A DNA stretch of 64,000 nucleotides from Octopus vulgaris. Taxonomy: Eukaryota. Within the stretch, counting starts at the first letter, position 1. Each line of letters begins with the position of its first letter. Of this stretch, positions 33,341 through 46,409 are shown piece by piece. A program made the translations under genes and the position numbers. Where the stretch lies: the NCBI GenBank assembly GCA_951406725.2, contig OX597830.1:26412001-26476000 (forward strand). Reading direction: 5' to 3'. The notes under the pieces are model-generated. The model was not told where the DNA came from. It was given only the letters and a program-made list of their open reading frames with translations, and did no database searches.

Positions 33341-34073
33341 AATATTTTTAGTATATATCCTACTGATATCAGAATGTAGTTCATTTTAATGTTGGCAATC
33401 TGTTTCTTACTTCTTTCCTAATTACTTCCTGCAACTCATCAAAATTCTTCCTCTCGTAAATCACTTAAATCGCTGGTGCCAGTTGTCCCTTCCTTATTGC
33501 TAATGCTTTTATTAATTTTTCCTTTCGGTCAGTAATAAGCATTATTAGCCATCCCTATCGCCTCTTCTCTTTCTATTATCACCACTCCCCCATCAGATAT
33601 TATCGTTTACAACCCCATAACCTACCATTTGGAGTTGATATAGCCGGATGTAAAGTTCCAATTTATCAGTAGAACGGTCTGTCATGACACTAATTATTTA
33701 CAGCTCCCTAAAGATCTAATTTTAGACGTTTTGAAGACTACATTCTCCATATTGTCTTTGATATGTAGATAACGGAGTCATTACTCTCATTCATTCCCCT
33801 ACCTCCAACCAATGCTAATTTCTGGCTTGTCTGTCGCTGTACTGTCCTTTTTCATTCTGCCCAAATCTTTAGCAGAGGAATCATTGTAAACATTTGCTCT
33901 CTATTGATGATATGAATATATTTAAATATCTAACATGTCCTTTGTGCTTGAGGTCTATGTGGTCATTCGATGGGAATGGTTCCCTTTGTAATGACGTAAT
34001 GCTTTCGTTGATCTATTAAAGGGGTCGCTCGAAACGGCCGTAATGAATTGACACTTATACATCTTTGTTGCTC

Positions 34074-34133
<60 letters not shown>

Positions 34134-34150
34134 ATATGTATGTATTTATT

Positions 34151-34194
<44 letters not shown>

Positions 34195-34202
34195 TAAATA
34201 CA

Positions 34203-34261
<59 letters not shown>

Positions 34262-35419
34262 GTATATATATGTGTGAATATATATATATATTCATATATA
34301 TATAATATACATGCATAGATTACATAGATGCATACATAAACACACACATGTATATAGTTTTGTTTCCGTTATTGTTTAGTATGGAATTAGCTCTGAAAAT
34401 GTCGATCGACCTTCCTTAAACAAATTTGTTTGTCTTTTTGACATGTAATTTTACAAAGAAGATATTTCCGCTTTATGATTCACTTCAAAGAAATGTGAAA
34501 GTGTCCCCGAACTCGAGCTTCCGATCTTATTTTGCTGAACTTCTTTTGTTTTTAATTGATTAAATAGCCGATGGTGATTAAGACAAATCAGTTCAGTAAA
34601 TCCTATGAAAAGAATATGGAAGCAGTGATGTGAACGAATACGCGCACGCACACTCAAAAGCTATAAAACTAACACGCATACATAATTTCAAACTCGCATG
34701 CATATATTCACGTATGCATACATCGATAATTGTATATATCTATATATATATATGTTTGTAGTCATGTATGTATATATCCTTGGATGCATATATCGATAAC
34801 TGTAGGTATATTACAGTATGCATGCACAAGGTATATATTATTGTACGCATTTCTAGTTATTTAATCTGTCCCCTCGACCTCTGTGGAATTTGAACTCAGA
34901 ACGTAGCGGCAGACGAAATACCGGTAAGCATTTCGCCCGGCGTGCTAACGTTTCTGCCAGCTCGCCGCCTTCAGTTCTTATCTATTGTAATCGGTTAGTT
35001 CATCTTCAGTCACGTTGTAACGTTCAGGATTCTCCCATAACTGTGGATAGCAGAATGAAAAGAATATTCAATAAATGAAGTATAGTAGGAACAGTACCTA
35101 TCAATATCTGAAAAGTTAAAAAAATTCACAAATAGATAAATCAAAGGACGACAGGATGTGAAATAATACTCCATTAATAATTTTAATATTAGAATGAATT
35201 TTTTCAATGAACTAAACATGCTCGTGTTTAAAAACACTTAAAGAATCCACTTTATAATAGCAAATATTTCTTGGTGCAGAGCTTCTAGTAAGAAGCTTGC
35301 TTCCCAACCACATTGTCTAGGGTTCAGTCTCACTACGTGGTACCTTGGGCAAGTGTTGGTCAAACCTTGTAAGTGGATTTTGTAGGGAGAAATTGAAACT
35401 GAAAGAAGTCCGACGTACG

Positions 35420-35455
<36 letters not shown>

Positions 35456-35536
35456 TGTATGTATGTATGTATGTATGTATGTATGTATGTATGTATGTAT
35501 GCATGTATGTATGTATATATATATGCATGTGTGTAC

Positions 35537-35598
<62 letters not shown>

Positions 35599-35600
<2 letters not shown>

Positions 35601-36435
35601 TAGCAGAATTGCCCGGCGTTGCTCGGGGCTGAATTGCTTGAAAGTACTGTTAATGATTGCACTGAATTATGATGATTATTCAGGCAAATATTGATATAAG
35701 TTTACGGTGGGAGATAAGGACTTAACGATTAAACGTGTGCCATTGCATTGTTTTGGGGGAACCAAATTTCTGATGAGCATTATAGGGGCACCAACTTTAA
35801 GTTTGAGAAAGTGTGGTGGTAGTCTGGGGTGCTCAAAGGAATTGAGTACCTCTATTGGATAGTTGATGACGTCCTCTGGGTCAGGAGTTGTATCGATAGA
35901 CTGATATACATAGACTTCCCCAGGAATGCGTTTTAGCATTTCATCATTAATATGGTGAACAGTTTTATTCCTCGGGGCCAGTATAGCCTTTTTGACAATC
36001 CAATCCATATTCTGATAATTAGCTTGTAGATCTGGGAACACTGCATCTCTGAGATCAGAAGGTGTCTTAATGGTACAAATGGAATCGATGGCAATATTAC
36101 CATTTTCATCCCCTGGTATTTTGCCTTCGCTAAGTGCAAGGAGGGTGTGAGGAAATGCTGCTGATGTGATATTACGTCGCATATGAGCACGCATATTGGT
36201 GTGAAGTTTGAGAGTTACTTCCCTTTATTTAAAGAAATATGCATTAAAATGGAAAAAAATTATGGTAAATTATTTGTAAAATCGTAGACTCATCGTAGAC
36301 GCACGCTAATACCCAAAAGGGCTCGATATGAAACACGTCTATAAGATACCCGGTTTTGGTTAAACTGCATCGCAAAATGTGGGAGTAGTTAGGAATCTAA
36401 ATCGGAGTAGACAGACACACAACCTTTCTTTTATA
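35599..36435 (+). mobile_element. Helitron-like element containing an antisense PIF1 helicase fragment (35690-36210, - strand)
   Basis: KAILAPRNKTVHHIN..LPPHFLKLKVGAPIMLIRNL..CNGTRLIV is PIF1-like. Termini are shared with 38098-38611. Confidence 0.85.
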
Positions 36436-37920
36436 TTTCATTTCATTTCATTTGGGTTTGAGTCCATGCTCAGGCCAAGTCGAAGACTCCACCCTCAGAG
36501 TCTGGTGTGGTTGCCAGGTTGTATTCTCTGCTTAAATTTGACATGTGTAGGAGCGAGTTTGAGTCAGTTTGTGCTCGTTGTGTATATCATGGGAGATGGG
36601 GTTCATCTCTAATGGTGCTTAAGTATCTATCCAGTTGCAATTTGAATGATTCCACACTGCATCCTGATAGATTTCTGACATGTACCGGAATGGAGTTGAA
36701 CAGTTGTGCTCCTCGAACCAACAGACTTGATTCTCGCAGGGTTTTTGCTGCCTGGCCAGCCTTTTTGTTGATTGGTGGCAGCTGGCAGCGTCTTCCGTGG
36801 CGCAGTGAGTGGTAGGTTTTGATACCAAAGTTTGGCACCTTCTGCTCTATCATTTTCCAAATGTATATAATTCGGTATCGCTCAAATCTTCTTTCTATTG
36901 AGTACATCCTCAAGGTTTTGAGTCTTTGCCAATAGTCCAGGTCCCTCGTTTCTGAGAAGTATGAGGTAAAATTTCTTTGGAGCGATTCTATCTTAGATAG
37001 TTGGCCCTTTGTTGTTGGTGACCACAACTGAGAACAGTAGTCAATCCTCGGAAGTATCATACTGTTCCAGAGGGTTTTCATTGTTGAGGTATCTCTTGAT
37101 TTGAAGGTGCGCAAGATCCACCCGCTGTACTTTCTTGCAGTAAGACAGACTGAGTCAAGGTGTTCTCTGAATTTTAGGTTGGTTCCCATGTGGATGCCTA
37201 AATCTTTCACATACTGTTTTTCCATTATTTGTTGTCCTGATGGGTTTCTGTAGTTTGTTGTATTTTTCAGATCTTGATCTGTTCCGTAGCGAATTAGTTC
37301 AAACTTCTTATCATTGAACAACGTGTTGTTTGTTTCCTGCCATTTATATATGGTGGTCAGGTCCTTTTGTAAGGCCTCTGTATCCACCTCGTCTTTGATT
37401 TGTCTCATGACCCTGGTGTCATCAGCAAAGGATGAGACGTTGCTGGTTGTATCTTCATCTATGTCAGAGATGAGGATGAGAAACAGGATTGGGCCGAGTA
37501 CTGTACCCTGAGGAACACTGCTGGTCACAGGTGATGGTGTTGAATGGGTTCCATTCACAGTGACTGTTTGAGTTCTATTTGTAAGGAACTCGTGTATCCA
37601 TGTACCAACTTTTCCTCCTACTCCTAGCTTTCGAAGTTTGTGACCCAGGATGCCATGATCTACCTTGTCAAATGCCTTGGCAAAGTCGAGGTAGATAACA
37701 TCTGTGTTGTATCCATTCTCTAGATTTTCTAGGATTTGGTCATGGTGTGCCAGTAGTTGGGAAAGGCATGATCTACCTAACCTGAATCCATGCTGGTTGC
37801 AATTCATCAGATTGTTGGATTCCAGGAACTCAACCAGTTTTCCACGAACTATTCTTTCGAAGACCTTGATAATGTGTGATGTCAGTGAGATTGGTCGGTA
37901 GTTCTTTGGTTTTGATTTGC
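36436..37920 (-). mobile_element. 5'-truncated CR1/L2-group LINE with (TGAAA)n tail
   Basis: Open frame from NYRPISLTS through YLDFAKAFDKVDH, PQGTVLGPILF and FADD to a stop at 36587. Inserted in the Helitron 3' end. Confidence 0.9.
36587..37918 (-). CDS. LINE ORF2 reverse transcriptase domain (5'-truncated, uninterrupted)
   Basis: ORF track 406 aa plus an open upstream extension. Standard non-LTR RT motifs are present. Confidence 0.85.
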   Translation of the reverse strand, partial: KSKPKNYRPISLTSHIIKVFERIVRGKLVEFLESNNLMNCNQHGFRLGRSCLSQLLAHHDQILENLENGYNTDVIYLDFAKAFDKVDHGILGHKLRKLGVGGKVGTWIHEFLTNRTQTVTVNGTHSTPSPVTSSVPQGTVLGPILFLILISDIDEDTTSNVSSFADDTRVMRQIKDEVDTEALQKDLTTIYKWQETNNTLFNDKKFELIRYGTDQDLKNTTNYRNPSGQQIMEKQYVKDLGIHMGTNLKFREHLDSVCLTARKYSGWILRTFKSRDTSTMKTLWNSMILPRIDYCSQLWSPTTKGQLSKIESLQRNFTSYFSETRDLDYWQRLKTLRMYSIERRFERYRIIYIWKMIEQKVPNFGIKTYHSLRHGRRCQLPPINKKAGQAAKTLRESSLLVRGAQLFNSIPVHVRNLSGCSVESFKLQLDRYLSTIRDEPHLP

Positions 37921-37932
37921 TATATATAAATA

Positions 37933-39135
37933 TTTTCGTCCTAAAAAACTTTGTATGGATTGAATGGTTACCTCTATGGAAATATATACACGCACATTAT
38001 ACATACATGTGTGTATAGATGAATATATAAATACATTTAAATATCTATATACACTTTTGGGCGATCTTTCTGTTTCTTAGAGATAACTTTAGATCTTACT
38101 AGCAGTATCGCCCGGCGTTGCTCGGGTTTGTAAGGGAAATAACTATATAAGCATTTTTAGAGAGTTACTTCCCTTATAGATGCCAATTCGGGCTTTCTTA
38201 GCCATTTCTGGTTTGGTGTCTTCAAGCCATGTAGTCGTTGTTCTAAAAGAACGCTGGTCTCCTTGACAACGCTTTACGACGTTGATTTCCTTACACTCCC
38301 TTCCCCACAGCCTCACGAGGGAGGGAAGAAGGGGGAGAAGCAAACAGGTGCAGGTGTGACCATGGACGCCAACTCCGCCGCCATCGACACACGAAAAATT
38401 ATGCATTAAAATGGAATAAAAAATGATGTTAAATTATTTTTAAAATCGTAAACTCATCGTAGACGCGCGCTAATACTCAGACGAGCTCGATATGAATCAC
38501 GACTATAAGATAGCCGTATTTGGTTAAACTGCACCGCAAAATGTGGGAGTAGTTAGGAATCTAAATCGAAGGGAACAGACACTCACACAACTACAGTTTT
38601 ATATATATAGATTTTCGTCCTAAAAAACTTTGTATGGAGTGAATGGTTACCTCTATGGAAATATATACACACACGTTATACATACATGTGTGCATAGATG
38701 AATATATTAATACATTTATATATCTATATACACTTTTGGGCGATCTTTGTGCTACTTAGAGATAACTTTAGATCTTATTTTCGTCCTAAAAAACTTTGTG
38801 CGGAGTGAATGGTTACGTCTATGGAAATATATACACACACATTATACATACATCTGTGTATAGATGAATATATAAATACATTTAAATATCTATATACACT
38901 TTTGGGCGATCTTTCTGCTACTTGGATATACTTTAGATCTTATATTCGTCCTAAATAACTTTGTATGGAGTGAAAGGTTACCTCTATGGAAATATATACA
39001 CACACATTATACATACATCTGAGTATAGATGAATATATAAATACATTTAAATATCTATATACACTTTTGGGCGATCTTTCTGCTACTTGGATATACTTTA
39101 GATCTTATATTCGTCCTAAAAAACTTTGTATGAAT
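37933..39135. repeat. Tandem repeat of about 166-bp units (4 units plus a partial), interrupted by a Helitron-like insert
   Basis: Units start T(T/A)TTCGTCCTAAA at about 37933, 38612, 38778, 38943 and 39108. Confidence 0.9.
38098..38611 (+). mobile_element. Non-autonomous Helitron/DINE-1-like element
   Basis: ACTAGCAGTATCGCCCGGCGTTGCTCGGG start, ..CAGTTTTATATATAG end, no TSD at the repeat-unit junction. Confidence 0.75.
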
Positions 39136-39425
39136 TGAAATTTTTAAGAAAGGAATTTGTTTACATACATGTGTGAAATGGCAAATGTTTGTGTAGTTGT
39201 CCGAAATGGAACCAGGGTAAATGTGTGGAACTGATGTATTATAATGAATAGTCCTTCTTGTTGTGAATATTAATTTGATTAATATGAACTGAAAACCAGT
39301 GGTGTAGCATAAAAGACCATGGGTGATCTTCTAGCAAAAAGGATGACCAGTCTGACTGGCTCATCCCTGTCACACACTCACACACACGCACAAACACACA
39401 GACTCACACGCACCCTCACACACAC

Positions 39426-39464
<39 letters not shown>

Positions 39465-39853
39465 CACACACGTTAGCTTACAATTTTATTTATATATTTG
39501 CGTGTCTATGTGTGTAAAGAGGAAGTGGGAGTAATATGCAGAGTGAAAGAGTGAAATGGTAAAATATTTAGTTTTCTCGAATTTTTTTCTGAAATGGGGG
39601 TGAAATTGAAAGAAATTTTGTATGCCATGACCGAATGGAAGTACTTTGAAAAATCATAGGTAAACTCTAATTGAAGAAATTGTGTGAGTAAATCGTTATG
39701 TATTTATTTGTTTCTGTTTGCTGTGTTTTTGTTTTTTTTGAGTAGTGGTTTAAGGTATACTTCTCTCGTTTTATATAAATACTTTAATCGTTGCACACTT
39801 GCAAAGAGAAAGGAGGAGAAATTAGGGTGATAGCATGAGTGAAGCATTTCGCT

Positions 39854-39896
<43 letters not shown>

Positions 39897-40112
39897 AGCC
39901 CACACTAAGAAAAGCACTACAGTTACACACCACAATGTGAGTTTTCTCGAAATTTTGCTTAATTGGGGGTGAAATTTGAAAAACTGTACCTGGCACGACC
40001 CGATGTATTCTACTCTTAAAAATGCTAGGTAAATTGTAATTGGAGAAATCTTATATTGTAGATTTCTATAAGAGACAAAGGGAGGCAGATAAAATCTGCC
40101 TTTTATAATAAG

Positions 40113-40144
<32 letters not shown>

Positions 40145-40499
40145 GTGTGTGTATGTGTGTTTGTCCCCCACCACTGCTTGACGACCTCTGTGGTGTGCTT
40201 ACATTCTCGAAACCTAGCGAATCGACTAGAAGAGACCGATATAATAAATTCCAGGTTTAACAATTAGAAAAGTACTGACGCCGATTCATTCGATATAATA
40301 TTCTTGAAAGCGGTGACCCAGCATGGCTGAAGCAATTTCACTTCGGGCAAAATGCCTAGCTTCATTTCGTCCGTCTTTACGTTCTGATTTCAAATGTCGC
40401 CGGGAGCGAGTTTGCCCTTCATCCTTTCGAGGTTGATAGAATAGGTAGCATTTGATTACTGAAGTCGATGTAATCGACTTACCCCATCCCGACGAACCT

Positions 40500-41219
40500 C
40501 TTAATCAATATCTATAAAGCTAAAATGCAAAAAAGCTGTTTGATTTCTTGGTTGTTTGTCTCATTTTAGGTTGGGAACGGTTTAAGGGGCGGTAGATGTG
40601 GTCGGATTGGCGCCAAAATTTACACTGGGGGTAAAATGGGGTGTGCAATTGTGTGAGGAAGGTTGTAAGTTGCTCAGGACTACCGTTTGGTTGCTATGGT
40701 GAGGAATATGGGAAAAAGTGAGTTTTATAGGATAGACAGGTTGCGCTGTTTGAATAATGGTCACTTTTTGTGTATCTTTAATTGTGGGTGAAAAAATTTG
40801 TGGGATTTGGAAAGGGGGTAAAATTTTTCAAATTTTAAAAAGAGTACATTTTTGCCCTATTTTTAGATTTAATTATTTTCTGTTTGCATTATTTGATTGA
40901 CATGAGTAAAAAGGGCATTGTGTTAAAGGCCAAAATTTTAGCCTTCATTTGCATCATGAACCGTCAAAATATACTAGAAAAATGTATCAAATTTCACAAA
41001 ATTTTAAGTAACTTTGAATTATTTTTGTGATTTTACGCGCACGCGTAAGAGAAAGCGAGGGAGAGTCCGTGAGAAGGGAAGAGTAAGAGAGTGGGAAAGT
41101 GAGAGAGAAAGGAGAGAGAAACGAAGAGGGAGAATGTGACGATAAGAAACAGAAAGGAAGCAACAGAAAGTAACAACCACACATTCACCCGCGCGTAGAG
41201 CGGGTCACTTTAAGCTAGT
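40500..41219 (-). mobile_element. Helitron-like element related to the 3688 family (left boundary uncertain)
   Basis: 41186-41219 is the reverse complement of ACTAGCTTAAAGTGACCCGCTCTACGCGCGGGTG. Confidence 0.55.
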
Positions 41220-41611
41220 CTGCAATTAATAATAATTTTCTCTTCAAATATATCTTGTCTTTTTTTTTTAATAAAAATAGGCTTATTTAGAAAAACACAC
41301 TATAAAAATCATCGTCGTTTTCAAATTAAATACAATAATAATTACAACGACCAGTGAAGATAACTGTTACGGACTCGAATGAATAAAACCCTCAGCAACC
41401 GAACCGCTAACGAGAGAAGACGGCACATAGGGGCGACCGCTGGCCTTCTATAAACAACCTTGCCCGGACTTGTGCCTGGGAGGGTAACTTTCTAGGTGCA
41501 ATCCCACGGTCAGTCATGACCGAAGGGAGTCTCAATTGTATACAAATTATGTACTATTAAATATCAAACGATTCATAGTATATATATAAATTAGTAAAAT
41601 ACAATATATTT

Positions 41612-41626
41612 ATTTATATATAAAAA
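41612..41626 (+). promoter_or_regulatory. Candidate TATA box of the PAN-domain gene
   Basis: TATATAAAA followed by GC-richer sequence about 35 nt before GCCATG. The AT-rich background weakens the evidence. Confidence 0.25.
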
Positions 41627-41656
41627 TAGAAGGGGCGCTGAGGGTGTTATGTAGCC

Positions 41657-41697
41657 ATGAGGGGGCGGTTTAGAAATATTTTCATACTCTGTTATAG
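41657..41697 (+). CDS. Candidate first coding exon (needs a 1-nt correction in a G5 run)
   Basis: GCCATG start and G|GTAAC donor. Removing one G gives MRGGLEIFSYSVI, in frame with the next exon. Confidence 0.35.
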
Positions 41698-42184
41698 GTA
41701 ACAACACAAGCACATATACATTAAACCGAGAAACTAACAATGATCGTCCTTCAGCAAAACCAGAAAATACTCTATCGATCTCCGCAATTCTAGAAACAAG
41801 GTGCAAGGCGGTGGGGCTGAATCGGTAACCATATGGTTGGTAAGCAAGCTACTTACCACACAGCCACTCCTGCGCCTTTTAAATATGAAGAAATGATAGA
41901 TTCAAACAAATATATTTTGCTAAACTCATTAAATTTACTCTTCTTACTATAAAAAAAAAACCCCAAAAACAACATATTAAAATCAATGCTATCCTAACTT
42001 CACTAGAAATTCTTTGTGAATACGAATTCAAATATATATATTTAGAATTAGAAAAGAAACCAGTTCCTCTTACTGAATAAATCCCAATTCAATATTACTA
42101 GACGTTATAGCCCTTCGAACGTAGTTGAGCGGCTATTTGGTAATTACATATTTTATTTGTATATATTTTCTCTTCTCATTTCAG

Positions 42185-42223
42185 TGTTTCCTATATTACT
42201 GAAGATCCAGGAAGCAGGTACAG
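42185..42223 (+). CDS. 39-nt exon, probable end of signal peptide
   Basis: ttttctcttctcatttcAG acceptor, CAG|GTATGT donor, phase 1-1, FPILLKIQEAGT. Confidence 0.6.
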
Positions 42224-42592
42224 GTATGTACATTGAGAAACACTTTCCCTCCGTGTCTGCTCCAAATATATAGTGCGTGTGTTTATTTGGCAAAAAGAGA
42301 ATAAACCATATCGAAATACAACAGAATCTGTTTCAACACACGGTTTCACATCAGGAATCTTGGAACACAAATTCATAAACGTATACACACACATACGCGC
42401 GCGCGCACACACACACACACATATATATGCATAATTTGAGAGAGGGAGAGAGAATATGAGGGGTTTAGTTCACTAGTGATCTAAGCATATAGATACGCTG
42501 GGTAAGTGCTATAACTGGTCATCCGTTTGGTTCCAAGTTCACAGCTGAGGCTGGAGCTAGGGATTAGTATTAGGCATGTATGTTAGTAGGTA

Positions 42593-43189
42593 TATATTAG
42601 AGGGAGAAGAACAACAAAAACCAAGGTAGGATGAGTAACTCAAGTAATTTAGAATAATTTAATTAGAGTAAGGTGAATGAATTTGAAGTCTTACAGCTGT
42701 TTCTGGGTTATTCCATGTGATAGGCTAGCATGCCTGTACACTGGGTATTCCGTCATCGGAGTAAGGTACGTTGGAAAGTTGTTACAGGGAGGTTCACAGT
42801 TTATAAGGAATAAAATACCTGGGATTACTCATCTTCTTCCAGAGGGACTGGAGGTTGGTCCGTATAGGCTCTTAGGTATAATCTCAAACCTTCTCGAAAG
42901 CGATGAACTGTGAACTTAATTCTCCTGTCTGTATTCTTCTGTCTACATTTACTCTTTATTCTTCTGTTTTATTCCTTATAAAACTATGAATTTCCCTGTC
43001 TAGAACTTTCATACATACTCACTCTGTCTCTGATGACCGAACACCCAGTATACGGACACTCTAGCTTGTCACTTGGGATATCGCAGAAACAGCTGAAACA
43101 CTTCAAATCCACCGTACCCTAATTATTATTCTAAACGGCTTGAGATACTCGTCCTGCCTTCGTTTTGTTTATCTTTTCCCTCTAATATA
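42593..43189. repeat. Diverged inverted repeat (about 220-bp arms) of a PLE tail, with a hammerhead-like motif in each arm
   Basis: TATATTAGAGGG.. / ..CCCTCTAATATA ends. Motifs at 42688-42763(-) and 43026-43100(+). Confidence 0.7.
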
Positions 43190-43905
43190 TACATATATAT
43201 CATCAAAATAAGTAACAGGATATCAAGTATTAGTGCAATACGATCGTTTCAAGGGGCTCAATTTAATTGAACAATGTAAGCATTACATGAATTTAAATAC
43301 AGAGCTATCTACAGTTGCAAGAAATATGGATTTTCAACACACAAGATATATTGTTAATTTTTCTCAAATATGTACTTATGCACACGTACATATATACAAA
43401 CATGTTTTTATTTACATAGGCTCACAGATATTTATATATAAATATGTATGCACACAGATAAATAGGAATACACATATATACTCTTACATAAGTTAACGAA
43501 CGCAGACACAGAGTCTCACACACACGCATGTGTGTGTGTGCGTGCGCTGTGTGTGTGTGTGAGAGAGAGAGAGAGTGTGGTGTTCCTATATTTAACTCTA
43601 TCCTTCAGTATTCTACAGTATGTTCATACAAAATGTATCACGCACAAATATGCTTTGGTGTACTGGAATACACAAATGTGCTACGATTGCGAGATCGTGG
43701 GTTCGATTCTGAGACTCGGCGTTACGTTTGGTTCTTGAGTAAAGCAGTTCATTTCCCTTTGCGATCATTTTCTCAACTGACATGTTGTGCATGGTGCACC
43801 TGTACAGGTGTTATCGATTTGATGGAGGGATGGAGCTTATATAAACACCAACATTTGATCACTACAAACAAATAACCTGTGTCCATGACGAGAGACTCTA
43901 TCAGT

Positions 43906-43951
<46 letters not shown>

Positions 43952-44097
43952 CCGGTTTGATTTCTTTTTTAATTTTTCATACACCCATTTTTATTAAAAA
44001 GTACTTTCATTTTAGCATTCTGCCTTATTATTTTTTTCTTCTCCTATCACTTCTCCATTTACTGACTTATATACATATATATATACTTATTTATTTA

Positions 44098-44144
<47 letters not shown>

Positions 44145-44263
44145 ACATATACACTACATTTTACGCGTATATATTGGTGACTAAGAAATTTTTCAACACT
44201 GCTTGTTTGATCAAACATTTTGTCGTATCATTTCTTTATGTATAATATCCTATATTGTTACAG

Positions 44264-44509
44264 AATCGAATTTTCCAAATCGCGATAAATTCGTGAAAGT
44301 ACCCAACGCTCAATTCCCTTCGGGTACTCCGAAGACAATCAAGATAGTAACACTTTCAAATTGTGCAAATGACTGTCTGAATACGTTAGCATGTTATTCT
44401 TTTGCTTTCGACGAATCGATATCCACATGTTTACTGTACAAAACATGGACTGGCAAAGTCAGACTTCAAAATTCATTAGATTACAACTTCTATCAGAAAA
44501 TAAGATCAG
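44264..44509 (+). CDS. PAN/apple domain exon (domain 1)
   Basis: gttacAG acceptor, CAG|GTAAAT donor, 246 nt, phase 1-1. ..LSNCANDCLNTLACYSFAFDESISTCLLY..YNFYQK. Confidence 0.88.
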
Positions 44510-44638
44510 GTAAATATACTTGTTTGTTGTTGTTGTTGTTCTTGTTCTTGTTCTTCTTGTTCTTCTTGTTCTTCTTCTTGTTCTTGTTCTTCTTCTTCTT
44601 CTTCTTCTTCTTCTTCTTCTTCATCATCATCATCCTGA

Positions 44639-44704
<66 letters not shown>

Positions 44705-44730
44705 TTATTATCATTATTATTATTATTATT

Positions 44731-45115
44731 AAGGCAGCGAGCTGGCAGAAACGTTAGCACGCCAGGCGAAATGCTTGGCGGTATTTCGTCCGCCGCTGCA
44801 TTCTGAGTTCAAATTCCGCCGAGGTCGATTTTGCCTTTTAACCTTTCGGGGTCGATAAAATAAGTACCAGTTACGCACTGGGGTCGATATAATCAACTTA
44901 ATCCGTTTGTCAGTCCTTGTTTGTCCTCTCTGTGTTTAACCCCTTGTGGATAGTAAAGAAATAGTTATTTCGTCTGCCGCTACGTTCAAAGTGTAAATGT
45001 CGACTTTGCCTTTCATCCTTCCGGGTTCAATTAAATAAGTACCAGTTACGCACTGGGATCGATGTAATCGACTGGCCCCTTCCCCCAAAACGTTCAAGGC
45101 CTTGTGCCTAGAATA
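44731..45115 (+). mobile_element. SINE family B in (TAT)n
   Basis: AAGGCAGCGAGCTGGCAGAAACGTTAGCACG head. More copies at 48354-48790, 49591-49815, 51666-51802(-) and 63953-64000. Confidence 0.85.
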
Positions 45116-45166
45116 AAAATAAAAATTAATAATAACAATAATAATAATAATAATGATAACAACAAC

Positions 45167-45230
<64 letters not shown>

Positions 45231-45269
45231 GTTATTATTATTATCATTATTATTATTATTATCTTTTTT

Positions 45270-46115
45270 TCTTCTTTCAAATTTGCTTCCATTTCTTGCC
45301 GAGTGTCTTCCCGACTCCTAGGGCAAAGAAACTCATAGTATACATTGGTAGGCCATTAAACTAAACTCACTAGTTCGTTCATTTTGTTTTTAAGTTAAAT
45401 TAAAATACATGGGTAGTAATAGTTCTCACATCTATAATGCTCTTCTCAATACGTGTGATGTACCAGTTAAGACAATCATTCTCATATAATTTTCGATTCC
45501 CTTCTTAATCATTCCTAGTGCTCCTACTATCACTGGTATTGTAACCGCCTTGAGATGCCACATTCTCTCAATTTCAATGAGCAGGTCTTTATATTTTCTG
45601 AGCTTGTCAAACTCTTTCGCCGAGATATTATGATCACAGGGGATGCTCATGTCGATCAATAAGCAAACTTAATTGTTTTGGTCTTTCACAACAATATCCG
45701 GTTTATTGGCTTTGATGGCTCGGTCTGTATGTACTGGAAAGTCCCACAAAATCGTTACATTTTCTCCTTCAGTTGCAGCTTCAGGGTGGCGATTATACCA
45801 CTTGCCAGCAGTTTTGATATTGTAATGCCGACTTATTAGCCAGTGTAGATATTGGCCAACTCTGTCATGTCTTAATTTATACTCCACTGGTGCTAAGACT
45901 TTACATCCAGAGATTAGGTGGTCCACTGTTTCAATCATGTCGTTGCAGAATCGGGATTTTGGGTCTGCTCCATTTTTCATCACATTGGCCTGGTAGATCC
46001 GGGTTAATAGGCTTTGATCTTGAGCAGCCAAGAAGAAACCTTCGCTCTCTGCTTTTAGTCCTGAGCTCCGTAGCCACTAACGGGTTTGCTTCTGGTCAAC
46101 ATCAGCTTGTTTGCT
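45270..46115 (-). mobile_element. R4/Dong-like LINE 3' fragment (zinc knuckle plus RLE)
   Basis: AAQDQSL, RFCNDMIETVDHLISGC, RHD, ILWDF, KPDIV, KYKDL. Flanked by (TAA)n. Confidence 0.85.
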
Positions 46116-46134
46116 ATTATTATTATTAATATTA

Positions 46135-46194
<60 letters not shown>

Positions 46195-46409
46195 GTTATT
46201 ATTATTGAGTGAGAGAGCAGTGCATGCCATTAAAGTGACACTGGGGTAAAATATACGAAGCCCAGTATACCCATCATGATATGGGTACACCAGGCACATG
46301 CATCACAACCATATGTGCGCACCATGGTGCGTTCATATCAAGGCAAACAGCGCATGACCTTCAGGTGGGACGCAGTTAGAATATTCTTCTGGTCGAGTAA
46401 CCCATCCCG

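Noticed and set aside
37933-39135. Repeat array as possible CRISPR
   Set aside because: 166-bp units with no unique spacers, no cas genes and a eukaryotic context.
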